64,000 bases of DNA, from IMG/VR virus record IMGVR_UViG_3300035682_000026; one strand, 5' to 3'. Shown piece after piece: positions 44,097 to 54,103 of this stretch. Both the position numbers and the translations under genes were made by a program. The stretch comes from an uncultured virus (IMG/VR IMGVR_UViG_3300035682_000026). Lineage: Duplodnaviria; Heunggongvirae; Uroviricota; Caudoviricetes. How positions within the stretch are numbered: position 1 is the stretch's first letter; every line of letters begins with the position of its first letter. Under the pieces are notes generated by a model, which was not told the DNA's origin, searched no databases, and was given only the letters and a program-made list of their open reading frames with translations.

Positions 44097-46277
44097 TTAT
44101 ATTCTAGATAATATAAACTCTTTGTCATCTGGCATATATTTGTCAATTATTGGTTCCATATATGGGTATAATTCTTTCTTGTAAAGAATATTTGTCATAT
44201 CATATTTATCCAATTGTTTAAGTATCGAATCTGGTAAGTATTGGATTACCTTAGGAGCAGATTTAATCAAATCAATCATATAGTTCATACTAATCTTATT
44301 ATAAAATTGACGCACTAGAATTGGTTTATCACGTATCATACTGTATATTCTATATTCATCCATTTTATCAATACGTTCATCAGGTATATATTTTAAGGCT
44401 TTTGGATTTTTTACTATTATGTCTTTTAAATCATAATCAGTAATATTATTAATCCTATCACCTAATTGTTTAAACAGTGTCGGTTGATTTGATAAAACCT
44501 TTTCAAGGTCATAAGAACTATCAACAAACCTCAACAATTCTGGTTTATAAACAAAAGCCTTGGCTTTAGTATCATATAACAAAGTATATCTAAGTGCATC
44601 AAATTCTTCTTTAGTATTTATAACAATATATTTATCTCTTATTAACAAAGGAAGCAAATTACCATATTTTAATCTATCTAAAAGGTCTAATTTTTTTTCT
44701 TCTGATACATTATCTAATATTGCTTTATAACTACTAGAGTCTTTTTCTAATATATTAGATAATTGCCATGTACCTATTTCATCAAAACCTTCTGTTTTAA
44801 CTAAATACTTAGCTAATTCAGGGTAATCGTAAATTAACAACGATACTTGATGTTTCGACAATTTATTTAAATTTTCTTTAACTTCAGGTGATTTAATGAT
44901 ACTATTTTCAGCATAAATAGCACAAAATAAGTCATTACCATCATTTAAATCATATCTGTCTATATTTATCTTAACTGATGGTAACAATTTTTTTATATTC
45001 TGTAATTCATCATAGTCCAGTTTTGTTTGATTAATACCACTTCTCCACGCATCAGAAACACCAGTGTTATTACCATTTACCCTAAGCATCAAATATTTTT
45101 TAATACTGTCTTCAGACATAAATTTATAAAAAGAATCGCTAAGTAGAACATTGCTATCAATTTTTAATTTTATAATACGATTTATTTGAGTTGGTGATAG
45201 AACTTCTTCATATAATTTGCTATCTATATACCTGTTAACAAAATAACCAACTTCAATAAGACTATCCATGGTTTCTTTTCGCAGGCTTTTTAATTGTTCT
45301 AAATTAAAAGCCATTTGGTTTGTAGCTAAATCTCTAATAAAATCAGCTGGTGTGACTTGAGAACCATTTATTATAAGTCCTTTTATGCTTCTATCAACAA
45401 GGTCTTGCAAATCATCACCAACAAAATTAGCCTTAACCTTATCCAATAATTCAGCATATCTATTCTCATCGTCAGTAATTTCTCTATATGGAAAATATCT
45501 TTCTAGACCTTGTAAGTTAGGTAATTGTTGTTCTATTTCATCCCATGGCATTGCATCGCTTGAACTACCGCTTCTTTCACCAGTATTGCTTCTATCAGCA
45601 ATTGCGTATCCTCTATAACCATAATTCATTATAACAAATTTATGTTCATTACCTTGTATATTTTTTTGTAAAACAAAATAAGGTGTTGCCTTATAGCTAA
45701 GTCTATATGTGTTGTAATAGTTCAATTCAGGTTTGGTTATACACCATGATTCACCTTGTCCATACATAACACATTTAGCCTTGGTATTGGTATCCAAAAT
45801 AATAACATTATCATTTTCAAATACAATATCTTCATCTTTAGGGTTATATATTGTATTTCCTTGTTTTATTTCACTATCTTTAATCCAACGATTATTATTA
45901 ACCAAATCAACCAATCCACTTTCAATTTTTTTCATTGAGAATGGCATTGCTGATTGACCTAATGATTTAATGTTGGTAATATAAGCATCCAAGTATTTTT
46001 TAGCCAATTCTTTGTTTTCTGGGAATGAGGAAGTTTTAATTAAATTATTTAATGTTGATTCGTACCATTTATTAAAAACAACATCAAATTGTTCTTTGGT
46101 TTTATATTGTTGAATATCACCAATTTCATTTCTAAACAAACTAGCAATAGCTAATTTATTTATCATATTTTCAGATGTATCATTAAATTTTTTAGTTAAT
46201 ATATCTAGTGTTTTTTTACCATAAATCTCATTTATAGCTAATCCTTCTCTAAGTAATTGTTTAATTATATTCTTCAT
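44097..46277 (-). CDS. large protein with MKNIIKQLLREGL N-terminus and helical repeats
   Basis: KCVMYG...SWCIT...YNTYR domain; C-terminal P-containing repeats. Confidence 0.75.
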   Translation of the reverse strand: MKNIIKQLLREGLAINEIYGKKTLDILTKKFNDTSENMINKLAIASLFRNEIGDIQQYKTKEQFDVVFNKWYESTLNNLIKTSSFPENKELAKKYLDAYITNIKSLGQSAMPFSMKKIESGLVDLVNNNRWIKDSEIKQGNTIYNPKDEDIVFENDNVIILDTNTKAKCVMYGQGESWCITKPELNYYNTYRLSYKATPYFVLQKNIQGNEHKFVIMNYGYRGYAIADRSNTGERSGSSSDAMPWDEIEQQLPNLQGLERYFPYREITDDENRYAELLDKVKANFVGDDLQDLVDRSIKGLIINGSQVTPADFIRDLATNQMAFNLEQLKSLRKETMDSLIEVGYFVNRYIDSKLYEEVLSPTQINRIIKLKIDSNVLLSDSFYKFMSEDSIKKYLMLRVNGNNTGVSDAWRSGINQTKLDYDELQNIKKLLPSVKINIDRYDLNDGNDLFCAIYAENSIIKSPEVKENLNKLSKHQVSLLIYDYPELAKYLVKTEGFDEIGTWQLSNILEKDSSSYKAILDNVSEEKKLDLLDRLKYGNLLPLLIRDKYIVINTKEEFDALRYTLLYDTKAKAFVYKPELLRFVDSSYDLEKVLSNQPTLFKQLGDRINNITDYDLKDIIVKNPKALKYIPDERIDKMDEYRIYSMIRDKPILVRQFYNKISMNYMIDLIKSAPKVIQYLPDSILKQLDKYDMTNILYKKELYPYMEPIIDKYMPDDKEFILSRI

Positions 46278-46319
46278 ACCTATAAATATCTATTAAAATA
46301 AAAAAGGGCCCATAAGGCC

Positions 46320-46829
46320 CTATTTTTTTAATATGTTTCCAAGTCTTTTAACTCGTTCCCTAAATTGAGCTTCTGTACCATTATTATCAACGATTATATC
46401 AGCACATGATTTATCTATGTTGAATGAACTCGCATCTTCCAAAGGTAATCTTTCACTTGCATCAATCCAAATAACCAAATCAAAAAGTCCTTGTTTGATA
46501 CATTCTTCAATCTCACCCCTATCTCGCATGCCGACATAACAATCTGCCATTGCTAGAATACCCTTAGCAAGCTTGGCTTTATCATCTTTGTTATAATCAC
46601 AAATCATTTCATACCATTCTTGTCTATGATTCATACGGTCCTCAAAACATTCAATAGATGTTGTGTATCCGTATTTTTCTTTTAATTCATCATAAATGAA
46701 TATATCAGCAGCAGCTTGTGATGATGAAATAAATGTTAATCCAAACTCATCTCTGAGAATTTCAGCAAATGTATCTTTCGCATGCCTGGCGTGACCCACA
46801 ATAAGAAGTGAGGGTAGTTTATTTTCCAT
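46320..46829 (-). CDS. dNMP-kinase-like P-loop protein
   Basis: IVGHARHAKDT...GMR...ADIIVDNNG. Confidence 0.65.
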   Translation of the reverse strand: MENKLPSLLIVGHARHAKDTFAEILRDEFGLTFISSSQAAADIFIYDELKEKYGYTTSIECFEDRMNHRQEWYEMICDYNKDDKAKLAKGILAMADCYVGMRDRGEIEECIKQGLFDLVIWIDASERLPLEDASSFNIDKSCADIIVDNNGTEAQFRERVKRLGNILKK

Positions 46830-46833
46830 ATAT

Positions 46834-47373
46834 TTAAGCTTCAAATAAAGAATAATTATCACCTGTATTTCTGGTATCACCAAAATCACCATCTAATTCT
46901 TCACCATCATAATGTAATGATGTAATTAGTTCAAAAGCACCATCTAATAATTCAACAACCACTGGTGTTAACAATTTTGGGTTAAATTCTTCAGTTTCCA
47001 AATCAAATATTCTAAATTGACCTTTTTGCATTGATTCAACAATGAAATAGTTATCATTGTAAAAATGAAAAGTAGTTTCAAAACTATCATAATCAAATGA
47101 AAAATTTTTATCAGATTTCCAAACTTCATTCCCATCTTCATCTTCAACAACAATTTCCATAGTATTTATTAACTCTTCATTATCAAAATAAAGACCATTA
47201 ACAATATCATCAGAATCATAAATACTATCAAGTTCTAATACATCACAAATTTCTTCATTAGTCATCTCACCATCAGAAACATTATTTTCTGTAAATGTTT
47301 CTAATTGTTCTTCACTTATTGTATGGATAATTGCATCACAACCATATCCACTTACGGTTATTTTATATTTCAT
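46834..47373 (-). CDS. highly acidic hypothetical protein
   Basis: 179 aa ORF. Confidence 0.65.
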   Translation of the reverse strand: MKYKITVSGYGCDAIIHTISEEQLETFTENNVSDGEMTNEEICDVLELDSIYDSDDIVNGLYFDNEELINTMEIVVEDEDGNEVWKSDKNFSFDYDSFETTFHFYNDNYFIVESMQKGQFRIFDLETEEFNPKLLTPVVVELLDGAFELITSLHYDGEELDGDFGDTRNTGDNYSLFEA

Positions 47374-47657
47374 TATTCAGCGTTTATCTCTTGAGATTCA
47401 TTATTTAACTTCTCTCTATGAATATCCATATCGTTAAGTTCCTCACCTAATGATTCATAATAACCTTCTTCATTCGTTGGTTTCATTTCCCATGCGTTTG
47501 ATTCAATATAATCAATAGCTTCTTTTCTATCCATTCCAGCTAATTCTGGATAGTCTTCAACATTAAGTTCGATTGGTTCTCTAACAATATACGTTGAGTA
47601 ACCTTCAGTTGCAAATACTGAAATTGTTTTAGGTGTTTCTTTTTTTTCTTCTGACAT
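47373..47657 (-). CDS. acidic protein, paralog of 47681..48004
   Basis: DYPELAGM...W-MK. Confidence 0.7.
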   Translation of the reverse strand: MSEEKKETPKTISVFATEGYSTYIVREPIELNVEDYPELAGMDRKEAIDYIESNAWEMKPTNEEGYYESLGEELNDMDIHREKLNNESQEINAE

Positions 47658-47680
47658 AATTTTATTTATTTAATTTATTA

Positions 47681-48004
47681 TTATTCCTCTTCTTCTTCAT
47701 CATCTTCATCATCTTCATCATAATCATCTTCATCAATTTCTTCAAAATATAGTTCTTTTTCTTCATCGTAAATTTTATCTTTTACGTCACCCATATTTTG
47801 TAAATCATCTAACAAAGTATATTCATCATCTTCCATCGATTTCATATCCCAGAAATTTTCGTTGATATATGAAATCATTTCTTCTTTACTCATACCTTCC
47901 AATTCAGGATAGTCTGATACGTCAATGGTCATAGAATCGTACCATACGGAGTAGCTGTGAGATTCAATTAAACCGAATCTAAGTTTTTTAGGTGTTTCAC
48001 TCAT
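47681..48004 (-). CDS. acidic protein, paralog of 47373..47657
   Basis: DYPELEGM...W-MK, poly-D/E tail. Confidence 0.7.
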   Translation of the reverse strand: MSETPKKLRFGLIESHSYSVWYDSMTIDVSDYPELEGMSKEEMISYINENFWDMKSMEDDEYTLLDDLQNMGDVKDKIYDEEKELYFEEIDEDDYDEDDEDDEEEEE

Positions 48005-48102
48005 AATTTTCTTTTTTTTTTACAAACTTACAAAATATTTTTTACATAAACAAACTTTTTGTAAAATAAAAAAGCCCATATTTCTATGGGCTTCTTAAAT
48101 TT

Positions 48103-48164
48103 CAGAATAGCATTTTTTGGTTTATTTTACAGATAAATATTTTTAATTGCTGTAACCATTCTTT
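48103..48164 (-). ncRNA. CWGCAA-stem ncRNA, copy C
   Basis: AGAATGG-TTA-CAGCAA...CTATTCT-G. Confidence 0.65.
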
Positions 48165-48167
48165 TAG

Positions 48168-48242
48168 TTGCGGAAAATGGGAGTCGAACCCAATATTACG
48201 AGCTTATGAGACTAGTGTGATATTCCGTTTCACTCTTCCGCA
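48168..48242 (-). tRNA. tRNA-Met(CAT), possibly initiator-like
   Basis: Acceptor TGCGGAA/TTCCGCA, loop CT-CAT-AA; lacks the three G-C pairs of typical initiators. Confidence 0.75.
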
Positions 48243-48249
48243 TTATTAG

Positions 48250-48321
48250 ACTACTATAAAGGACTCGAACCTTTTACCCTCACCCCCAGTGGATGCCGCA
48301 CTTCCCTCATGCTTATAGTAA
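48250..48321 (-). ncRNA. tRNA-like RNA with non-canonical anticodon arm
   Basis: Acceptor TTACTAT/ATAGTAG, AAAGG-TTCGAGT-CCTTT; CATCC-ACTGG-GGGTG. Confidence 0.6.
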
Positions 48322-48331
48322 TATTGTTGAC

Positions 48332-48384
48332 CAGAATCACTTTTTTCCATATAAAGTGTTGTTTGATTGCTGAACTGATTCTTT
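48332..48384 (-). ncRNA. CWGCAA-stem ncRNA, copy D
   Basis: AGAATCA-GTT-CAGCAA...TGATTCT-G. Confidence 0.65.
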
Positions 48385-48469
48385 TGTCAATTTAATTTGG
48401 GACTGTCCAGACTTACAACTCTGCCTTTTGGCTGTCCAAGTTAAATGTCCTGTCCCATAAAATTTATCT

Positions 48470-48707
48470 CAAGATGGTTATTTGTATTTTTCATCCCAGC
48501 GGATTAACCCATTTTACGTCTTCGGCTTTGCTTTGGCGAGAGTTTACTATTATTCAACTACATCCTACTTGCACCTTTTGGGGTGGTTGACGGTTTTCTT
48601 TTGAATGGAGAAATTACCATTTTTTCTAATCATGGGAAGATAAAATATCTTCCATACCAAATTAGCCTCTTAAGTTTGTCTGTTTTTTTGTTGCAGAACC
48701 CATCTTT
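48470..48707 (-). ncRNA. CWGCAA-stem ncRNA, copy E (long)
   Basis: AAGATGG-GTT-CTGCAA...~210 nt...CCATCTT-G. Confidence 0.6.
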
Positions 48708-48808
48708 TTAGATATTTTTATTATGTGTATGAACGTGTGTTTATTAATTATATGCAAATATACTAAATAATATATGATATAACAAGTTTTTTTGTAACTA
48801 TTTTTATA

Positions 48809-49048
48809 TTATTTTTCAATTTCCTGATTTTCAGGTTCTTGTGGGTTAATATTTTTTACCATTTCATTAACTATAACAAAAATATCTTGTTTTTCGTTAA
48901 GTGTATGAACGACATTAAGAACTTCATAATATTGTTCATTCATATAGACATATTCATCTCTTCTTGGGATGATAATCATTTCTACATTTCTTTTTATTGG
49001 TTGCCATTTACTATCTAAAATTGACACCGTATATTTAATTTCATTCAT
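48809..49048 (-). CDS. hypothetical protein
   Basis: 79 aa ORF. Confidence 0.6.
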   Translation of the reverse strand: MNEIKYTVSILDSKWQPIKRNVEMIIIPRRDEYVYMNEQYYEVLNVVHTLNEKQDIFVIVNEMVKNINPQEPENQEIEK

Positions 49049-49123
49049 AACATAAATATAATAAATAAAATATATTTGTCAAGTATTTATATATAACATA
49101 ACATCATCTAAAAAACTAACACC

Positions 49124-49174
49124 ATGAAAACACAGAACACTAAAGGTTGCGGTTGTAAACCACCAAAAAAATAA
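49124..49174 (+). CDS. 16-aa peptide MKTQNTKGCGCKPPKK
   Basis: Between a TATTTATATAT motif and a terminator hairpin. Confidence 0.45.
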   Translation: MKTQNTKGCGCKPPKK

Positions 49175-49289
49175 TTAAAGGGCTATTAAGCCCTTTTTTT
49201 ATTTGATAAATTTAACCTCTGAAAAAGCGACTTATCAGAGGTTTGTTATTTCTGTCTCAAAGGTTATTGTTGAGCAGAATCACTAAGAG

Positions 49290-49662
49290 TGGAGGCAAGG
49301 GGAGTCGAACCCCTGTCCAAAAGCATTCACAAAAGGCTTTCTACATGTTTATCCAATTCATTTAACTGGCAATCTTTCAAGATAGTGCTAGTCCCATATC
49401 TATAATGACTTGTATCCGACTTAACCACTCATACAAAAGTGGGTTCTAGTGATTTATCACCATCCAGTGGATTACCACAATTGGCAGTTGTTAGGCTACT
49501 GCAACCTCTCTTGTTGAAAACACTGATGTTTCGTTCAAGAAATTTTCTGATACGTTAAATACGTTGTCAATTCAATTTTTTAATAGACAGATTTAAGTGC
49601 TTCCAATCTAGCACTACATGCTTACAATTCACGACCATACCCTGTCGATACCGTTTACCCCC
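49290..49662 (-). ncRNA. ssrA: tmRNA
   Basis: GGGGGTAAACGGTATCGAC...GACAGGGGTTCGACTCCCCTTGCCTCCA, G3-U70, tag ORF ending AVA*. Confidence 0.92.
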
Positions 49663-49779
49663 ATAATGTTTAAGAACTTGTGATTTATAAATATGTGGAT
49701 TTTATTAAAAAAACCCACATATTCTTAAATCTTGTGCAAATATACTACATCTTTTTATTCGATGCAAGTTTTTTTGCTA

Positions 49780-50499
49780 TTATTTTTTCTTTGTGGTGAT
49801 GATATCATCAATGATTCCGTATTCTTTTGCTTCTTCAGCATCCAACCATAAATCACGACTTGCATCTTCCAATACTTGTTCTGGTGTTTTATCACAATAT
49901 TGACCTAATAAACCAAACAATTTAGTATTGTATTTTTCACCTTCAGCAATTGAACGTCTGATGTCTTGGATATTTCCAGAAGCACCAGTTGATACTTGGT
50001 GAAGCATTACTCTACTATTAGGCAACGAATAACGTTTACCTTTTGTACCAGAACCCAATAAGATACTACCCATACTTGCTGCCATACCAGTGTTAACTGT
50101 AACAATATCAGATTTTACATAGTTGATAACATCTACGATGGATAATCCAGATTTAACTGACCCACCAGGTGTATCTACGTGAAGTGTGATATCTTTTACT
50201 TCTAAGTTGTCTAAGAACATAAGTTGTGCTTGTACAACAGTGCTCATTCTATCGTTAACTGGACCAGCTAACCAAATAATACGGTCCATCATTAAACGTG
50301 AGAAAATATCCATTTGTGTTACACGCATTTCTCTTTCTTCAAGAATATATGGTGTTAGGGATGCGTTTACACCTTGGAATCCAGATAATACTGTTGGGTT
50401 ATAAATCATTTGTTGAATACCTTCCCAAGTATTAAATTCGTAATCAGTTACACCAAAATTCTCTTTAGCATATTGTTTAAAATCGTGTGTTAAATTCAT
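49780..50499 (-). CDS. clpP: ATP-dependent Clp protease proteolytic subunit
   Basis: DIFSRLMMDRII, AASMGS, MLHQ, RDLWL. Confidence 0.95.
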   Translation of the reverse strand: MNLTHDFKQYAKENFGVTDYEFNTWEGIQQMIYNPTVLSGFQGVNASLTPYILEEREMRVTQMDIFSRLMMDRIIWLAGPVNDRMSTVVQAQLMFLDNLEVKDITLHVDTPGGSVKSGLSIVDVINYVKSDIVTVNTGMAASMGSILLGSGTKGKRYSLPNSRVMLHQVSTGASGNIQDIRRSIAEGEKYNTKLFGLLGQYCDKTPEQVLEDASRDLWLDAEEAKEYGIIDDIITTKKK

Positions 50500-50514
50500 T
50501 GTTTTAATTTTATT

Positions 50515-50814
50515 TTAATAACTTAAACTTGTGGTTATGAATACTGGTGTAAATTCACCCATCCATGCACCTTTTATATTGAACTCAAAATATTCTAAAG
50601 CCATACTATATTTTAACATTTCAATTGTTTCACCTTCTTGTAAATCAGATTCCTCAACTTCCATATCCAATGCTAATATGCTAAGCATTTTTTCAACATC
50701 ATAAGCAACAACAGGGCCAAGGTTAATTCTCTCACCCATGCCTATAATTGCTTCATCGAATCCATCACATAATAATGCTTCTGGATTAATTTCTGCTATT
50801 TCATCACGAGCCAT
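50515..50814 (-). CDS. conserved phage hypothetical protein
   Basis: DGFDEAIIG...EYFEFNIKGAWMGEFTP. Confidence 0.75.
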   Translation of the reverse strand: MARDEIAEINPEALLCDGFDEAIIGMGERINLGPVVAYDVEKMLSILALDMEVEESDLQEGETIEMLKYSMALEYFEFNIKGAWMGEFTPVFITTSLSY

Positions 50815-50816
50815 AA

Positions 50817-51224
50817 TTATTCGGATTTTTCAGCAGCATAAAGAGTTTTAATGGACTCTCTAACCACATTCCAAGTTTCAAACGTGAACTTAGAAAGGAC
50901 ACCAGAGTATGCAATAACATCTGGTTTTGTTATTATTAATCTATCCTTCTCAGTATCGAAATGGATGCTAGCTAATGAATCTTCAACAACAATGTGTTTT
51001 TGAGCATCAGTTAGTTGTTCAAAAATCTTTTCGTTTAACACGATTAATACATCATCACCAGTACGGTATTTCAATAAATCGTTTGCTTTGTTAACTTTAA
51101 AAAGTTCTTTTGCGGTGTTGTTTACTACAACGGTAATGTTAATGAATTGGTCTAACCCCACAGCTTGGATTTTTTCATCATATAGTGCTTGGGTGTCCTC
51201 AAATGGTTCGTCAAATTTTGCCAT
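50817..51224 (-). CDS. hypothetical protein
   Basis: 135 aa ORF. Confidence 0.65.
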   Translation of the reverse strand: MAKFDEPFEDTQALYDEKIQAVGLDQFINITVVVNNTAKELFKVNKANDLLKYRTGDDVLIVLNEKIFEQLTDAQKHIVVEDSLASIHFDTEKDRLIITKPDVIAYSGVLSKFTFETWNVVRESIKTLYAAEKSE

Positions 51225-51282
51225 CTTGTTTTAATTTAATTTATAAAGTAATTGTTATTTTATTATTTTAGCAAACTTACAA

Positions 51283-52323
51283 CTAATTTTCTGTTGTAGC
51301 AACATTTTTTTCAAGTTTTTCTTTTAAATCTATTAATAATGATTTGGCATCATCATCTAAATCTTTTGGTATCTCCACATTTAATGTAATAACTACATCA
51401 CCTCTTTGGTCTTGACCATAAAATTTCATACCTTTCTTTTGTATTCTCAAATTAGAACCAACATCGCTATATTCTGGTATAGAAACTCTAATTTTACCAC
51501 CATCAATTGTTTCTATTTCTACTTTACCACCTAGAACAAGCAAAGGATAATTTACTTTCAAATTAAGTTTTAAATCATTACCACTTCTTTCATATGTTTT
51601 ATGTAATAATTCTTGAACGTTAATAAGTAAATCACCACACTTACCACTTTTTATCGCATGACCTTTTCCTTTCATGATAAATGTCATACCTTGTTGAACA
51701 CCAGATGGAATATCAACATCAATTTTTTCTTCTATTGTTTTTGTTCCACTTCCACTACATTTACCACATTGAACTTTATATTTAGTACCAAGACCAGAAC
51801 AAGTTGGACATGGCATTGATTGTTGCATCATTCCTATTGGGGTTTGCAATACCCTGGTAATAACACCTGACCCATTACATGAACCACAATTATCAATATC
51901 AGTACCACCATGACCACCGCAAGAATCACAACTATCATGTCTAGAATATTTATAAGTTTTTTTAACACCTGTATAAATTTCTTCTAGCGTTAATCTAATG
52001 TTTAAACTCATATTATAACCAAAACGTTCAGGTGATTGTTGGAATCCATTAAAATCAAAACCACCAAATGGATTTCTTTGTTGGTTTTGTTGACCCTCAT
52101 GACCAAATTGGTCATATTTTTGTTTCTTATCATTATCAGATAAAACTTCATATGCTTCATTAACTTCTTTGAATGCATTTTCATCACCCCCTTTATCTGG
52201 GTGATGAATTTTACATAATTTTTTATAATTACTTTTTAATTTAGATTTAAATTCATCCTTTGATAAATTTTTATCATTTTTTGATAATTCTAATAATTCG
52301 TAATAATCTTTTTTATTTGACAT
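51283..52323 (-). CDS. dnaJ: DnaJ chaperone
   Basis: HPD J domain, four CxxCxGxG repeats, C-terminal domain. Confidence 0.95.
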   Translation of the reverse strand: MSNKKDYYELLELSKNDKNLSKDEFKSKLKSNYKKLCKIHHPDKGGDENAFKEVNEAYEVLSDNDKKQKYDQFGHEGQQNQQRNPFGGFDFNGFQQSPERFGYNMSLNIRLTLEEIYTGVKKTYKYSRHDSCDSCGGHGGTDIDNCGSCNGSGVITRVLQTPIGMMQQSMPCPTCSGLGTKYKVQCGKCSGSGTKTIEEKIDVDIPSGVQQGMTFIMKGKGHAIKSGKCGDLLINVQELLHKTYERSGNDLKLNLKVNYPLLVLGGKVEIETIDGGKIRVSIPEYSDVGSNLRIQKKGMKFYGQDQRGDVVITLNVEIPKDLDDDAKSLLIDLKEKLEKNVATTEN

Positions 52324-52549
52324 TTTTATTTATTTTAATATTATTAATCATTTCTATTTCATCAGTATAAACAATGTCAAAATACCCACCATTAATACAT
52401 TCTATTTTATCAGTATAATAAAACATTTTTACATTATTATAAATGTATAGAAACCTATAAAAAGACTATATTACTATAGTTTATTTCATTCTAATGTATT
52501 TATTTTTTTGCAAATATACGTATACTTATTCATATAAACAAATAATTAA

Positions 52550-53206
52550 ATGACATATCGAGTAGTTTTATTAGCAAACGGTAAATATAAGAAGACTTTA
52601 CATAGGAGTAAGACTAGTGAAACAGCTTATCTTAACTTTCATTCATTGAAAGAAAATAATAACGTCATGTTCCCTAGAAAATTTATCAATTCTAATGGTT
52701 TAAAACCAGTTAAGTATCAAATATGTGTTACAAAAATAACTGAAGAAGGTGATACTTTCCGTACCCTTAGAGATGGATATGGTAAATTATATACTGAAGA
52801 ACCCCTAGGTGATTGGACAATCCTTGCTTCAGCTGATTATAATGTAGAAGAAACCTTCTGGATACATGGATTAGAAAATAATAAAGATAGACCTACCATA
52901 TCAGAAGTTGTTAAAAGACTTATGATAGGTGCTCATGGTAAAAAAATGGTTAAACAAATCATTGTTGTGTATAATAAACTAATAATATACAACGAGGACC
53001 AATTTGATATGATTATTTGTAAGAAATTAGAAGATGCTCAACGATTACACCATACACTAGCTAAAATTGCAAAGAAACAAAAGATTAAGAGTCTATTGTT
53101 TATGGGTACTGCTAGTCCAGCAAATATTGGTAGATATTATGATGTTATTCACGAAAATACTGGCTGGCCATATACTAAAATAAGACGTACTAGTACAAGA
53201 CCATAA
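52550..53206 (+). CDS. hypothetical protein
   Basis: 218 aa ORF followed by bidirectional terminator. Confidence 0.75.
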   Translation: MTYRVVLLANGKYKKTLHRSKTSETAYLNFHSLKENNNVMFPRKFINSNGLKPVKYQICVTKITEEGDTFRTLRDGYGKLYTEEPLGDWTILASADYNVEETFWIHGLENNKDRPTISEVVKRLMIGAHGKKMVKQIIVVYNKLIIYNEDQFDMIICKKLEDAQRLHHTLAKIAKKQKIKSLLFMGTASPANIGRYYDVIHENTGWPYTKIRRTSTRP

Positions 53207-53237
53207 TAAAAAACCCACAGTAATTGTGGGTTTTTTA

Positions 53238-53912
53238 TTAGAAATTTAAAATCATATTACCAATTATTATTGTTACTTTACATGTTACCATTTCATCTAT
53301 ATCCATATCTAAAGGACCAAAATCCATTGATTCGAAGTAACATTCAGAAAAAAGCCATTGTTCAATAACAACACCAGTTGGGTCAAGCAAATCAATTGAA
53401 AAATCAAATGGTTCTCCTGGTCTTTCACGTAAAATAATCGCTAGTCTTTGTGCTACTGATGGACCAATAGGGTCAGCAAAAACCAAAACCATTGGGTCAT
53501 ATCGAATTTCACATCCATCAGGACCATTTCTTAAAATATATGTTGATGGTCGACATGCTTTTCTAACCACCCATTGCTGTATTTCAAATTCTGGTGGCAT
53601 ATTTACCAAAAATCTGTTTTGTCTTTTTGGTTCATAAGGAACATACCCAAAATTAGCCCTATTTACAGGTTGATGTATTGGTGATGGTTTAACCCATTTA
53701 ATTTCATCAGAAACTGATTTTTCTAATCCATTTGTTTCAACCCATTCTTTAACGGTGTTCACACATACCTCTTCCGAAAGGCTAAATATTTTGACCATAT
53801 TTGTGACTATCCTATCACCAGTCACGATATTACCTTCACCATTAATACAGTTATTATTAATAATTCTATAATATCTATCAAGATAACTAACAACCATTTG
53901 AATTTCTTCCAT
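53238..53912 (-). CDS. protein with T4 gp19-like tail-tube domain
   Basis: YEPKRQNRF...DPIGPSVAQ...LDPTGVVIEQW...DFGPLD. Confidence 0.7.
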   Translation of the reverse strand: MEEIQMVVSYLDRYYRIINNNCINGEGNIVTGDRIVTNMVKIFSLSEEVCVNTVKEWVETNGLEKSVSDEIKWVKPSPIHQPVNRANFGYVPYEPKRQNRFLVNMPPEFEIQQWVVRKACRPSTYILRNGPDGCEIRYDPMVLVFADPIGPSVAQRLAIILRERPGEPFDFSIDLLDPTGVVIEQWLFSECYFESMDFGPLDMDIDEMVTCKVTIIIGNMILNF

Positions 53913-54100
53913 TAACTAAATAAACTTTCAAGTCTTTTTACTAGATAGCTAATTTTTTCATTGTTTCTATCTAGTATTAATTGTTGTTCAGGTGGGATAT
54001 TACCAGCATATTCTGATTTTATCTTGGAATTTACTCTCTGTAAGTGGTCGCTTTCTCTAAGACATTCATCATAGATTACTGCTTTGTTTTCTTGTTCCAT
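53912..54100 (-). CDS. hypothetical protein
   Basis: 62 aa, TAATG-coupled. Confidence 0.6.
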   Translation of the reverse strand: MEQENKAVIYDECLRESDHLQRVNSKIKSEYAGNIPPEQQLILDRNNEKISYLVKRLESLFS

Positions 54101-54103
54101 ATT

